64,000 bases of DNA, taken from the NCBI GenBank assembly GCA_022813865.1, contig JALDZX010000040.1, positions 62,001 through 126,000 on the forward strand, read 5' to 3'. Numbering within the stretch: the stretch's first letter is position 1; the number at the start of each line of letters is the position of its first letter. Positions 24,101 through 36,641 of this stretch are shown here, one piece after another. The translations under genes were made by a program, and so were the position numbers. The notes beneath the pieces were generated by a model. The model ran no database searches. It worked only from the letters and a program-made list of their open reading frames with translations, and was not told where the DNA came from. The DNA comes from Xylographa opegraphella (Eukaryota).

Positions 24101-25239
24101 TGACGCTGTGCTTCGAAGAAGCCAGATCTTGCCTCGACCATAAGCCATTTCTTTTGTGGGTCAATTTCTACCTCCTCGGAAGAGTTGAAGTAGATATCAA
24201 TTGATGGTGGGACTTGCTGGAGGCCGACTAATGGTCTAGCGGTAACAACAGCTACCTTGCATACCGTCGCAAACATGTCTGTAGCCGGTGTTAACGCCAC
24301 AAGTGTCCCCGACGTAAGTCTCTTCGACTGCTCCCAGCGAATCATCTTTCCTGCACGTCTCAACGAGAACTCTACTCTTACAGCAATACCGCGTTGAGCA
24401 AATGTCACGCCTGAAATGTATACCTAAATTTGATCAGTGCGAGTAACCGGTGCAAAGAAAGTCAACAAACATTTTCATAGATCGCAGAATGTTCTTGTGA
24501 ATCTTTCTCCATCAGCTCTGGCTTTGCACGAATCTCTTCCACCGCCTCTCTCAGCGATGCCACACCATCTTCCCTAAGAAGTTCGTAATGTGACTGGAGA
24601 TATTCCTGTTTGCTAGACCACGGGCCGTCGACCTTGTTCACTGGGACAGGTATATCTCCTTCGGCAGGTTGTCCATTTTTCAGTCGTCCAACTTCTACTG
24701 ATGTTGGCAATTCGGGTAGTGTGAGCCAGGACTGATCAGTAGGTAAATTGCATGCTTTGTCGAAATATTCGCGGATATCGTTGATGTGCCTTGTGTTAGA
24801 ATCCCTGCTCACTTCACCATCCTCAATTCGCGGCTTAGATTGACTTTCATTGAGATATTCCGACAAGTTTTCATTCACCTCGTCATCTATACGATCTATG
24901 TGATCAGCAAGCAAGACTTCATGGACGAATCACCACTGGATGGTCGACATGCCTTCAACTGTTGTCACCGTCTCTGGTCCTCGATCACCCGCCGGGGGGA
25001 TTGAGGACGACGGGTAGGCTTCAATGGGTGAGCACAGTCTCTTAGGCACCTTAGAGTGTCGAGATAGCGTATCTGATAAGAGATTTGTAAATGGTTTCGT
25101 TGCTGTAACATGATTAGCTTTCTGTACGTGATGCACCCAACTTATGGTTTAGCTTATCGAGCTGTCTACCTTTTGTCACGGTCTTCCATTCTTTATCAAG
25201 TGGTGCCTCAGCATCCCCTTCAGCCACTATGGATCCCAT
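21155..25239 (-). CDS. hrr1: ZNFX1/Hrr1/SAD-3-like Upf1-family (SF1) RNA helicase with C-terminal NF-X1-type zinc fingers; about 7 exons
   Basis: SF1 motifs GPPGTGKT, AQTNHALD, GMTTTG, LIEEAAE, VGDHQQL, QRRM, TFYNGQ, DSYQGEE, RVCVALSRAR. N-terminal YLQSHYELLRED and WEQSKRLTSGTLVAL. Cys/His repeats GGCKTRC...CGHRCMLACHP...CGHPCLELCH. ATG 25239 (MGSIVAEG) splices in frame through six introns, one of them GC-AG. Confidence 0.88.
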
Positions 25240-27282
25240 GTTTACAAGGTAAATCAGACCCGTGCCAAGAGAGCTCGACGATGAATCGAAGTAATAGGTA
25301 GTCGCTTCAGCAAAACGCGGTTCATGTGCAAAGCCGCGGTTTAATATGTCTTTGAGGTCCTTGATGTTGATGATCGACAGCAGAGACGGTATACCGGCAC
25401 ACCTCTGTGCCTACCAACTTGGCGCTTATGGTTGTGGAATATGTTTCTGTAAAAGTTCGTGATTGTGAGCAGAAGGAAAGAGAACTGATCAGAGTGGTTG
25501 TGTTAATGATTGTGTGGAGCATAGGCACCCCGTGAATCCGGAGAAGCAAACATGAGCAGGAACTAGCTGCATATGTAAATTAAGCGACAACAGCTTCCCT
25601 TTACGAACGTAAGGTAAGATTCAAAAGGAAAGTATGAAGCACAGGCTACATTACTGTACGCTGATACTCCATGTGCTATAACAACACGGCTTATACACGA
25701 GCGGGAATACATAACCTAGAACGAGATTGCGAGAGTTTGCTTGTTGTCTATCTTGTGCTTCAATCATATATAGGTGACTGAAGATAGTCCGTTCCTTTAG
25801 GGAGCTGTGAACTGGGGAAAGTACCAAAACGAAGCGATTAGCGCGAAGCGCCACAGTCATCCGCGATAGAGATAAAACAACACGATGGACCACAGGATTG
25901 GACCCGACTTCAAAAGCCTGATTTTCATTCACGCCCGTCGCTGGACCAAACGATTCCCGACCGTATGTGCAGCAGCTCCATTCTGTAACACCAGTAGGGT
26001 GCATACTGAAGGCTTGCAGTTATAGCTATATTGACCATCTGGGATGTCTTTCGTTATAGCGAAATGTGCCCTATTCAAGCAACCAGAATCTGTGCTTTCC
26101 GGAATGGGCTCAAGCTTAACCATACGCCATGCGGATCGGTACGTCCAGCACACCTTGAAGGCCGACAAGCAGGTGGTACAGAGCTGAGGAGAAAAGGCCA
26201 ATCTTGAGCAACGGGCCAGGGATAATGTAGAGGCAAAAGCACAGAGCCAACTCTCGAGGGTAATACGACTTACTACTTCCGTTTACGACGTCTGGGCTAA
26301 ATTAGCGAGACAATGCCCGTAATAAGGTAACAGCTCGTGATATTTGCGCAGCGATCGTCAAGTCTCAAGATTCTGTGAAAGAGCAAGTCCCGTAAAGTGT
26401 TCGTACGAACAAGATGGATAATTCCATAGCCTTCTCGTACGGGAGCCATTCCAGTGATAGCGGATCCATTCACACATGAGATGAAACCGACATTGTGGTT
26501 AGAAGCAACGGGATGAAGATCCTGAACAAGCTTGAGCTATCGCGAGACCGTAGGATCTAGTCTTCGACACCTCTCTCGCATCCTTGGATTCAACGGAGCG
26601 AGCACAAGGACAGTGTGATACCAGGAGGCTTTGGTTGAAGGTTCTGAACTCAGGCATCCAGGCTGTTCCCGATAATCGAGTCTCTGACCTCGCTCCAAGT
26701 TCAAAAAGGACACGACATCATGAGCGAGACAATGTGAGATCGGGTCCGCACATTTAGCATTGTGTCAGCCCCGTGAGATGCAGGCGCCCTTCTTCGTTTC
26801 AATCATATTGTCACTCTGGCAGAAGTGAAGCACAGCCGCAAAATATTGAATAATATATCATGTTTGTGAAGCTACGTTAATATTATGGAATAATCGATAC
26901 GTAGCATGGAGGCCACACTCTGGAACCCGGCCATCGAAATGCATCTCCCCTGATCATCAATGAGCCACATATATAAATTGTACGGAGTATTGATCATCCT
27001 AGGACCCAATTGTGCTTGAGGGTAGACGCCAAAGGATAGACTTATTCTACGCTAGCCTTCCGCAGCTTTCACGCAGCGTAAAAATGATGTTCCGGGTGGT
27101 CTACCTCCACCACTTCCACAAGCCAGTGTTGGTTTGAGCTCGGCGACCGCTGGCTTGAGAACTGGCAAATTTTATTGCGCCATGACCAAGTAGTGCTATC
27201 ATGACATTGGAGCTGCTGTGTGTGATGCCTTCTTGCATTGGCTGTGTAATGCAGAAAGTTTGAACAATTCTAGTGCTATAAC

Positions 27283-29547
27283 ATGCAGTCCTATGGCAAC
27301 GATAATGAGTTCGGCGGTTTGTATTATGTCGTCCCGTTCTATCATGAGTTTCTAAAAATCTGTAGGAACCCCGAATGTGAGCTCCGATGATGAGCAGGTT
27401 GAGCAAATGGATGAATTGGAGGAAGCGGAAGTGGAAGGGGATCTTGAAGCCGAGGTAGACGAAGACGAGGAGGAGGAGGAGGAAATAGACAATGGTGCGG
27501 ACGAAGATGTCGCTGAAGACGAACAGTCCTTTCCACAAGGCCAAGAATCGCAGAATTACTACTCTGATTTACTTGCTCGGGGCGCCGAAAAGCAGCCGAT
27601 CCACTTCACTGCTTCAGGGGCAAGTAGCGGTGATCTCAACGAAGGATTGAACGTTCGCGAGGACAGCTCGAATTCCGCACCAACATCCCACCCAAGACCG
27701 ACTGTACTTCTGACTTCCCCCTCTTCGCAAGCGACAATTCCTGCATTTCAAGCTACCTCCATCAAGCATCCCCAGGTTCGCGCAGAAGCACTCACTGCAC
27801 CTGTCTATGATATTGTACCCACGATCGCGGCTCCTCATAGTACATCTATCAATGCAATAGCTGCCACACCTGACTTACGCTGGGTATTCAGTGGTGGTGC
27901 GGATGGTTATATTCGCAAGTTCAATTGGTTGGACACAGCAAATGGTAAAGTAATGCTTACCGTCGCACAAAGACATCCTTTCGTAGACAGCGTGACAAAA
28001 GCAGGAGTCTTGACTAGCTATTGGGAAAACGAGGAATTACAGTGTATGTCCAAACCCCGTGCTGTGTCTCCACAACTAACATGTTTCGTGATAGCAAAGT
28101 CAGGTGAAGATGGCCAAACACTGTCACCAGTGTACTCTCTTGCGGTTCATAACCAAGGTCTTTGGTTGTTGTCCGGGCTTGAATCGGGCGGTATAAATCT
28201 CCAGTCTGTACGCCATGACGAAGGCAAGAGAATCACTTGCTTGAAGAAGCATACTTCGGCTGTCTCGGTCTTGAATCTGGCAGAAGACGAGAGGTCTGTG
28301 CTCTCCGGGAGCTGGGACAAAACTGTGCTAGACTGGGATTTGAATACCGGTCAAGTCAAACGGAGCTTCGAAGGCAGTGGAGGGCAAATCTCCGCCCTGG
28401 AGATGAGACCTCTTTCTGAACTTCCAGTCCCACAGACGGCTGCTGACCAGGCATCAACTAATGAAACGTTCTCCAGCAATTCCGACACCAAACCTCTTCA
28501 AAATGGCTTTCTATCAAATGGCACTACGCATGACTCACAGATCAATTCTAACCAGGAGAATGGCGTTGCTGAGCCCCTTGGTTCCCCCGCGGATTCGCTC
28601 TTTGGGGGCAATGATACCGACTCCTTATTTGGCGATAATGATGATGAAAATCCTGGAGCACCATCGGGTGGCAATTTTGCGGAGGACGACGACGATGAGT
28701 TTTCACGCGCGATTGCCAACGGGATTCAACAACAAGAGAACGAAGATGCCGAAGGGGATGCCAACATGATGAATTCAAATGTGCCAATAGATATACCATA
28801 CGTCAACGGCTTCACGGACAGCAATGAAAAGCTTCTAACTCCTAACGGATTGGATCACTCATCGCAACCTGATATGAATATAGAAGCGCCCCCATTATCA
28901 AACGGATTGCCGCATGCCGAAGATCTTGAAGCCATGGAGGTCGAAGTTGAGCATCCCGTTACCGAATCCCATACCATACCTACAGCAGAGTCGACTTTTC
29001 TCGCTGCTTCGATGGACGGTTCTCTACGTATATGGGATCGACGGAAACCTACACCAGTGGCAAGGATATTGCCTCGTAATGTACCACCTTGGTGTATGGG
29101 CGCTTGTTGGTCACCGGACGGTAATTTCATCTATGCCGGTCGGCGTAATGGTACGGTGGAGGAGTTCAGCTTACACCATGGCCTTCGAGGCGTTGAACGC
29201 ACGTTCAAATTTCCAAACGGCAGCGGAGCAGTAAGTGCTGTACGTGCGATGCCCAACGGGCGGCATCTGATATGGTAGATATAATTCTCAGTTGATTTTA
29301 GAGTTATGCTAATTATCAAATCAGTGCCTCTTACGATATATTGCGGCTCTATGATCTACACCAACAGAAAACCTTCAAACACTCTACTGTCCCTTTCTTG
29401 ATTGTTCCAGGCCATCGCACAGGGGTAGTCTCCCAGTTGTATATAGATCCGACATGTAAGTTTATGATATCCACGGCTGGTAATAGAGGATGGGATGGGA
29501 CTTCGACAGAAGTTCTCCTAGGTTATGAAATCGGAATTGGACTATAG
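27283..29547 (+). CDS. SPT8: SAGA complex subunit Spt8 (acidic N-terminus, WD40 repeats); 4 exons
   Basis: ATG 27283, introns 27317-27365, 28044-28094 and 29275-29324. Motifs YDIVPTIAAPHSTSINA, GGADGYIRKF, SPVYSLAV, SGSWDKTVLDWDLNTG, PPWCMGACWS, AGRRNG, STAGNRGWDG. Confidence 0.93.
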
Positions 29548-30737
29548 TGAAAGTAGATGGGAGCAATCTGTCATTGCATTAAAGGCATTGTGAGTGGCCA
29601 CTGTTTGTTATATGCTGGCATTTGTACTATACCCACTCTTTCACCCAGGTGCAATGGTGTCTAAAACCTCTTGTTGTTCTATGCTCAGGTCACTTGGACA
29701 GATCTCGCTTATGTCTCGTGCTCAATCGTGTTTGTATCATTAGGTGCCAATGATTTGACAAATAATTCGCTCCTTGTATAATAGATTCCGTTGTAAACAG
29801 ATTTTCTAGATTCTATTATGATAATCGTTGCTTAGAGAACTGAGGTCTTAGAAGCCATCGATGTTTTGTTCCGCATGATGATTGACATAAAGAAACTGCT
29901 AATGTAGGAGCACGATGCCAGAGTGACATTTCTAGAGCAGTATTGCGTTACTCGGAGACGGAATTTTGGTCAGCATTACGATATGAGTGGTGTGGAATCT
30001 GCAAGCTCAAATAAGAAGGTGTTGAAGACTGGGAGAGCATGAGATTGGCGATATCAGCACAACCTCAGACACAAACTGCAGTGGGAAGTTTGACCAATGA
30101 AAGTGATTGCTCGAATAGCTTCGAAGTTGCTGGTGGGTGAGATTTCAGTCTTTCACTAATTCGGAATATTCGTTGACCATTATAAGTCTGAAACCCCAGG
30201 ACCCAAAATTAGACCGCCAGCGCCGTTACATGTCAACAACGTCGGTTTATAGATCTCATGTAGCGTCATCGGATTTTTATGTCCGGTTCAGAGACCAGTC
30301 CGTCTTTGGATATCTCGCATACACTAGCACTACTGTATGTGAATATCGATCCCACTTTTAGCACGGGGCAAGGTAATCTGGCATTGACACATAGTCCAAC
30401 ATTGTGAATTGATTACGCGAGATGGGTCGAAATTTGGACCCATCTTTCAATCACCACCTTCAGCTATTGTCCATGTGCGATTGTCATCTGAAGAATATCT
30501 ATGAGGCTACTTTTCTGAATGAATGCAAAATTCTCGACCCTGCTTTACTCTCAAACAGCATTGTGATAGCCTTCTCCGCTTGTTTCTTTCACAACAACGG
30601 CACTCAACAATTCTTGACTAAGATATAGCGGAAGTGATTGCTGTTCTCTCGACCGAAGAACGATCGGAGAGCCCACGTGAAGTGACGTTACACAACAACA
30701 GAAATTGATAAATCTCAAGATATATTGGTTTTAGACG

Positions 30738-32901
30738 ATGCCCGAATTCAAAAACATCCTTGTCGAGGTGTTAGTAAAAGGGGTGGACGAGAATGGTAAG
30801 AAGACACGCCGACCACTGGAGGAATGGGGAGTTCAAAAAATGAGGAAGTCGAAGAATATCTCTGCATATATCGAGGCAGAGACTGGCAAGAGCTTCCGAA
30901 TCCTTATCCGGCCTAAGATACCGTTCCCATTAAAAGGAGCTCCTGCAGCTCACGAGCATAACACGCGTCAGAACACTAAAGCTCAAGACAATATGACAAG
31001 TCAGAGCTCTTTGAAGATGGATCATGACGAGGATGGAAGCCACGATTCATCCAGTATGAATGACTTCATTTCTTTGATAGAGCTCGATTAGAACCTTACT
31101 AACATAGCTCTTTGCAGACAAACCTGACCAACATGGCATGTCGAATTCCAATGGTGGTGCAAACCCAAATCATCCAAGCTCGAACTCTGACGCTTCCGTG
31201 AGAATTAAAGAAGAGCCTATCGACGAGCCCATGACACCTTTTTCACAGGCTCCATCGACTGAGAAGATGATGAAGCGCACATCTCCGCCACCTTTTCATC
31301 TCATGGCGTCCGTGTTCCTGGATGGACGCAAGAAAGCAGAGCGCAAAGTCTTCCTCTTTTTGGATCCTGACGTTGACGAGTTCAACGATCCCGACAGGGA
31401 GGTAGAAATCAAATCCCGCTGGGTTCAGGACAAGGACGGTACAATCAGAGAGAAAACATGGGTATTCCAGGATATTGGCATTGAGTCTCTGTTCGACAAG
31501 ATGCTCATTACCGAAGGCAATAACATTGTACCAATAGACCAAGGAGACGAGGCGGCACTTGTCGACGCCTGTGAGAGCCTCCAGCTAAATAGAAACAACG
31601 ACTTTGCTAGAGAAGAGAATAGCAAGGCGGGCCAGATTCTTGTCACGATAGACAGAGTCACGCTTGGCGAGAGATTGCGTGAAACCAAGTACCAAGCGAA
31701 ACACAAAGAGCACGAGACTGAAGACGTCGACATGATGTATGCTGGGAAAGAAATCACACACACTGCTGGGTACGTGATGCTTACTACTCGATACCAGGCT
31801 CTGTTTATTGTGCTAATTCAACTCTCCAGCTTTGCTCTCAAGAAGTCCTCTCCGTTAAAGCCTGAAGGCGTCACCGCCGTTTATTACCACAGCTACAAAG
31901 ATGAAGGCCATTTTGCTACATTCCAGTTTTTTTATCGCAGCAAAAGTAAGTCGAAATAAGAGAGCGAGGAATACTCCATGGGTTCACCTGACATGATTGC
32001 AGGCATTCTACAGAAGTTCAATTTCACAAGCCTTCCGAAGGTTGTTCCCTACGTTCTTCCCTCTAAGCGATTAAACATGGCTTTCGAGACTCCATTGAGT
32101 ATCTCTTCCTCAACAATAAAAGCTTGCTCTACGATCGAGAAGGGCAAAATTGCAGCGTCGGACATCGGCAAGCAGAGAATTAAAGGCAAAGGTCTGTTTT
32201 CTAGAACAGGAATTTATGGTGAATTACGTCGAAGGGCCAGACAATCTCGCAAGAAAACGGAATCGGATTTCTGGGGCGACGATCAATCCAAGTCTGAGTC
32301 GTTGTCATCGGCTTCATTGGTACTTACAGAACATTCCTCGAATATAGCACTGCCAGTGTCATTTCCGAATATGTCTGACACGAGGAGGGACAACTTACGT
32401 AGCTTCCCTATCACGAACAAGCTATCGCTCATAGCTTCGAGTCACTGCGTACCCTTTGGCCAAACTGGACCGAAAGCACCAATTTGTGGAGCTAGTCGTG
32501 ATCCGTTAGGTTCGACAAGTACCGTCCCCGAAAAACCGAGCCTGAAAATCGATCATGGATATCTAGAGTCTATTGCCAAAGCAGAAAGTAGGAGCGCCTC
32601 AACTACATGTAATTTGAGCAGTTTGGGCAGTACGTTGCGCGACAAGAGCAATCACTTATGTGATACCAACGACGAGTCCGAAGCATATCATGCGGAGGTC
32701 TGTCTCAAAAGTGACACCGATCAAGCAGTCTCTGAGATATGCAAGAGCAACGATGACCAAGGTCTTTCGACTAGGATGACAAAATTGGCATTGGGCAAGC
32801 GTGGACGAGAGAGTGAAGATTGTGATTTTGGGCTGGTAGAGATGAAGGCGAAGAAGATGGCTCTGGGCAAGACAAGACTTCGTCCGGTCCGAAAAGCATG
32901 A
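30738..32901 (+). CDS. Fungal hypothetical protein, DUF7918-like N-terminal domain plus low-complexity C-terminus; about 4 exons
   Basis: Three co-linear ORFs joined by GT-AG introns (~31054-31117, ~31770-31829, ~31946-32002). Motifs SAYIEAETGKSFRI, ASVFLDG, GQILVTIDRV, FATFQFFYRS..LQK recalled as DUF7918-like. Confidence 0.7.
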
Positions 32902-33917
32902 AAGACGCCCAAGGCCAAAGCACGCCCAAATTCTGGAAATGCTCCCAACGAGCATAGTACAGCTCATACAGTAGAGAAACCTGAGCTACGGTCCGAGTTT
33001 CCTGCGCAGCTCGCTGGATATCATTGTGAGTATTTTTGACATGTTGCGAATGGAGACATGCACGGTATGTGCGACCAAGGTGGTGATCGGGCCTGTGATG
33101 CCAATGGACAACGGTGTATGTTATCGAATTTGATGCAGGTGATCTGGTGGCAAAATCTAGGCTACGAAGTGTTATCGGTGGACACAACGATGAGCTCACT
33201 GTAAAGCTATGATGTGCCGGCAGGTTGATAGGTATAGAATCTATATCGAAAACCCTATAGATGATTGATTGATCTCGCGGTCAATCTTGTTATTGGCTAC
33301 TAGCAAGATGCTTCTCTAAGGTGTTTCATATCGATGATCTCGTGGTGTGGCTGCTATTTAGACGTAGAATCCCTCGACATATTGACTTGAAGTTACGTTG
33401 GGCCATATCAAAGGTCTTGCCTCGATTGCCCGAGCTGCTTGCTGGTTGGTGGTTGTACACAACAACTCTCGACGAACCGGAAATGTTCCAGCCACATTAG
33501 GTCTAGACTAGAATGTCTTTGAGCTCCGCCAAGAACAAGGGTCTCGGTTAGCGGAGAGGGAGCGGTGAAATGATGTTGCGGGATGGCCGTTCCACTGACC
33601 AGCCCCAATTATTCTCCTCATTTCTGTCGAGTCACTCGCGCCCGCGCTCCCTGTTGCACATCCTGCCCTCGTCGTCACGAAACTGAGATTCTTGTGAACG
33701 TGGTGCTCTGATCTCTTGAAATCTGAAGCTACTATCCTCGAAGCACAAGAATCCTGGCGGAACTGCCCCACGCCGTTGCAGCCCTCCTCGTCTCGAGCAA
33801 TTGCTGCACAATTGCCCACCGCTGATTCACCGAGTTCGGGACCAGTGTTATATCTTGAACTGGCGTCTTATCATTGACTATGCTTTCATAGTATTGCTTC
33901 TCACCTAAGATCCTGCG

Positions 33918-36061
33918 ATGTCTCCCCGACGCTCGTCGCGTGCGCGAACTATTCAACCACCAGCTCCTGGTCCCGTTCACACGAATTCCTCGACCTCCTC
34001 AGTGTCTTCCGGACGCGCAGAGCGTAGTACACGCTCCCACCACAAATTGCCATCTCCAAACACCTCCAATCCTCCTCGCTCACTTTCTTTAGAGGATCCT
34101 GATGAGGCCGCCAAGCCACAGCTCCGCAGGACGAGAAGCGGGCACGAAGAGACAAAGGAGACACTCACTCAGAAAAAGGAAGACGAAGATGAGGACGAAG
34201 TTGACGAAGAAGATGTGACAAGATGTGTGTGTGGGCAATTGGATTATCCGGGCTTACCAACCTCGACTGTTGACGCCCTGAAGCAAGCTTCGAAAGACGC
34301 TGGCGACGTCGCTACGTCGGCTCCGGTACCAGAGGATATTGGTGGTCTTTTCATACAATGCGATATCTGTAAGGTATGGCAGCATGGTGGCTGTGTTGGT
34401 GTCATGGACGCAGGCATGAGAGAAGCGTACTTTTGTGAGCAATGCCGAAAAGACCTCCACAAATTGATGACGGGTGACAACGGGTAACATGAACCCTCTA
34501 ATGGTTCATACACTATACTTACTATTCTTCTTTCTAGTCAAAAATACTCTCGTTATCTTCCGGTACAGGACGAGCGTTCGCCCCAAGCCACTCCAGAACC
34601 TTCACCGAAAGACGGCTCATTGAAAAAAGGGAGAGAAAGGAGAGCTCCGAGAGCTAGCGCGGAGGCATTGGCTCACAAAAGGCGATCCACGATGAATAGT
34701 AGGGACGCTGCGTACGACGAGGCAGAGCAACTTCGAATGGCGATTGAAGAAAGTAAGAGAGAAGGAGGCGCTCCGAGTATGGGCGACGGTTCACGACGAA
34801 ACAAGAGGAGTAGAAGCGAGAGCGCGGAGTAAGCCCCCCCTCCGTTGGTCTACTGTACCGAGATCCAGGCAGTTCCTCCCTTGGTAGTCTGAGTTGTGCT
34901 GCTGAACCTATCCCACCTGCTTAAACGTTCACAAGCTGATTCCTCACAGTCAAAGAGACCCATCCAAACGTCAGCGCACTAATTCACATTCCTCGTCGTC
35001 GCCTTCTACAGACAAGGCAAATCCCATACCTGCCTCGTCCTCTGATGAAGCCCTAGCAGCTCTAAAGGATAGTGAACACAGTCCTAAGAAAATTCGGGGT
35101 GCTGCAGCACGCAACCATCGGGAGAAAGAGCAACGTGAACAACGTGAAAGGGAACGTGCTGATGCAGCAGGAAGGCGAGCTGCTCGATCAGAACGAAGGC
35201 GAGGTCAGTAGACTTTCATTGCTGGTTCTGGGACATGCAAGCGCAAATACTAACAGACCACACCTACCTGCAGACTCAGATCCCTCCGATGAGCCCCAGC
35301 CTCGCGTGACATCCGCCAGACTCCCTGACTCTGCAAACAATGCACCTCCCTCCCCCGATACTCCTCCGGCAATTCAAGACCTCCCTCCACGGGGTAGTTC
35401 ACATAAAAAGACCGGCAGGCCAGCCGCAAAACGTGGACGCGTGGGCCGCAACCAATACACGAAGGACCGCGACCTTCCAACCCATGCGCACGCCTGGAAC
35501 GGCTCTCAACTTGATGTAAACGGGACAGATACACCACTTACGAGGGGCCGCTCACGCTCACGTTCTAACGCTAACGACACAACCGCCAGCGTAGCAAACG
35601 GCATCAATGGGCATGGTCACGGAGCGGGGAGCGGGCACTGGGGGGAGGCGGGCAAACCCAGCAAACCGAAGCACATGAACCCGAACCGAACGAGCTTGAA
35701 TGAGATGAAGAGGCGGGTAGCGGGAATCATGGAATTCGTAAGCCGGACACAGACCGAGCTCGAGGGGCGGGACTTGCACACTCCGCCAGAATCTGGCGGA
35801 AGTGCCGGGAGTCAGAAGAATGATAACACCAACGGCGCGATCGCTGACGCCCGAGACCCCGATATTAGCCCCAGCGCCGATGCCGTCGTGGGCAAAGCGC
35901 TCGTCCAAGGCGTCATCAACGGCCTTAGCGCCCTGGCCGTACCGCAAGAGCCTGTCACGGAAAAGCAGTTTGCGAGCCTGAGCTCGGCGCAGATGATGGC
36001 GGTGCTGAAGGGCCGGCTGGTGGGTTGGCAGAAGGAGTTTGGGGTCTGGGGCGAAAAATGA
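33918..36061 (+). CDS. CTI6: PHD-finger protein Cti6 (Rpd3L/Clr6 histone deacetylase complex-associated); about 4 exons
   Basis: MSPRRSSRAR start. Split PHD finger VTRCVCG...FIQCDICKVWQHGGCVG...YFCEQC. KRRSTMNSRDAAYDE motif and C-terminal TSLNEMKRRVAGIMEFVSRTQ...WQKEFG. Introns at ~34484-34538, 34829-34950, ~35204-35273. Confidence 0.88.
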
Positions 36062-36641
36062 GGAGCTTGTGGTTCATGCGGTTGCGAGCGAAATGAGATC
36101 GGTGCTTTGGGGTTAGGGCGCCGGTGGAGGCTTTGAATGGGTTCGATCATGAGCTTGGATTTTGGACTTCTGGCTACGGCGCATTGCAACACACCCTTCG
36201 CATCGCGGCGTTTGGGTATAGATGCCGACGCTGTTGAGCGGTCTGGCCGTCGTTGACACGAGCTGCTGCTCTTCGGGTGAATGGAAGGTTGTGGATGACA
36301 GGAGTCATAGGGGCATTTATGTTGTTTCTGGAGCGTTCCACGGCGCGCATAACTGAGACAGGTAGCAATTGCAGAGTCGCTAAAGCCACTTAAAGCATTA
36401 CTACGATTGCTTTCATTGCAATCTGAGCTTCTCCACAGGCGAAGCTGGTTCGGAGATGAGATTGATGGAGGACAAGTTCCTTACGTGACAGCCTTTCAAG
36501 TACAATTTGAGAGTCTCAACCTGTTTCCTCATCCGGCGCCTTCGCATAATCCCAAGAGCAACTTTCTCCTACAGAAAGCCGCGCAACGCTTCCAGTGCGA
36601 ACCAACCAGTCTCATTGTATTCCATTCGAGTGATGCTATGC

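Noticed and set aside
25103..25189. ATG 25189 (MEDRDK) as the helicase start
   Set aside because: After splicing it reaches a TAA within ~24 codons, whereas ATG 25239 gives the continuous frame.
25300..27250. Possible hidden gene or tRNA between the divergent helicase and SPT8
   Set aside because: Only short ORFs; no tRNA T-loop/B-box or consistent exon structure seen.
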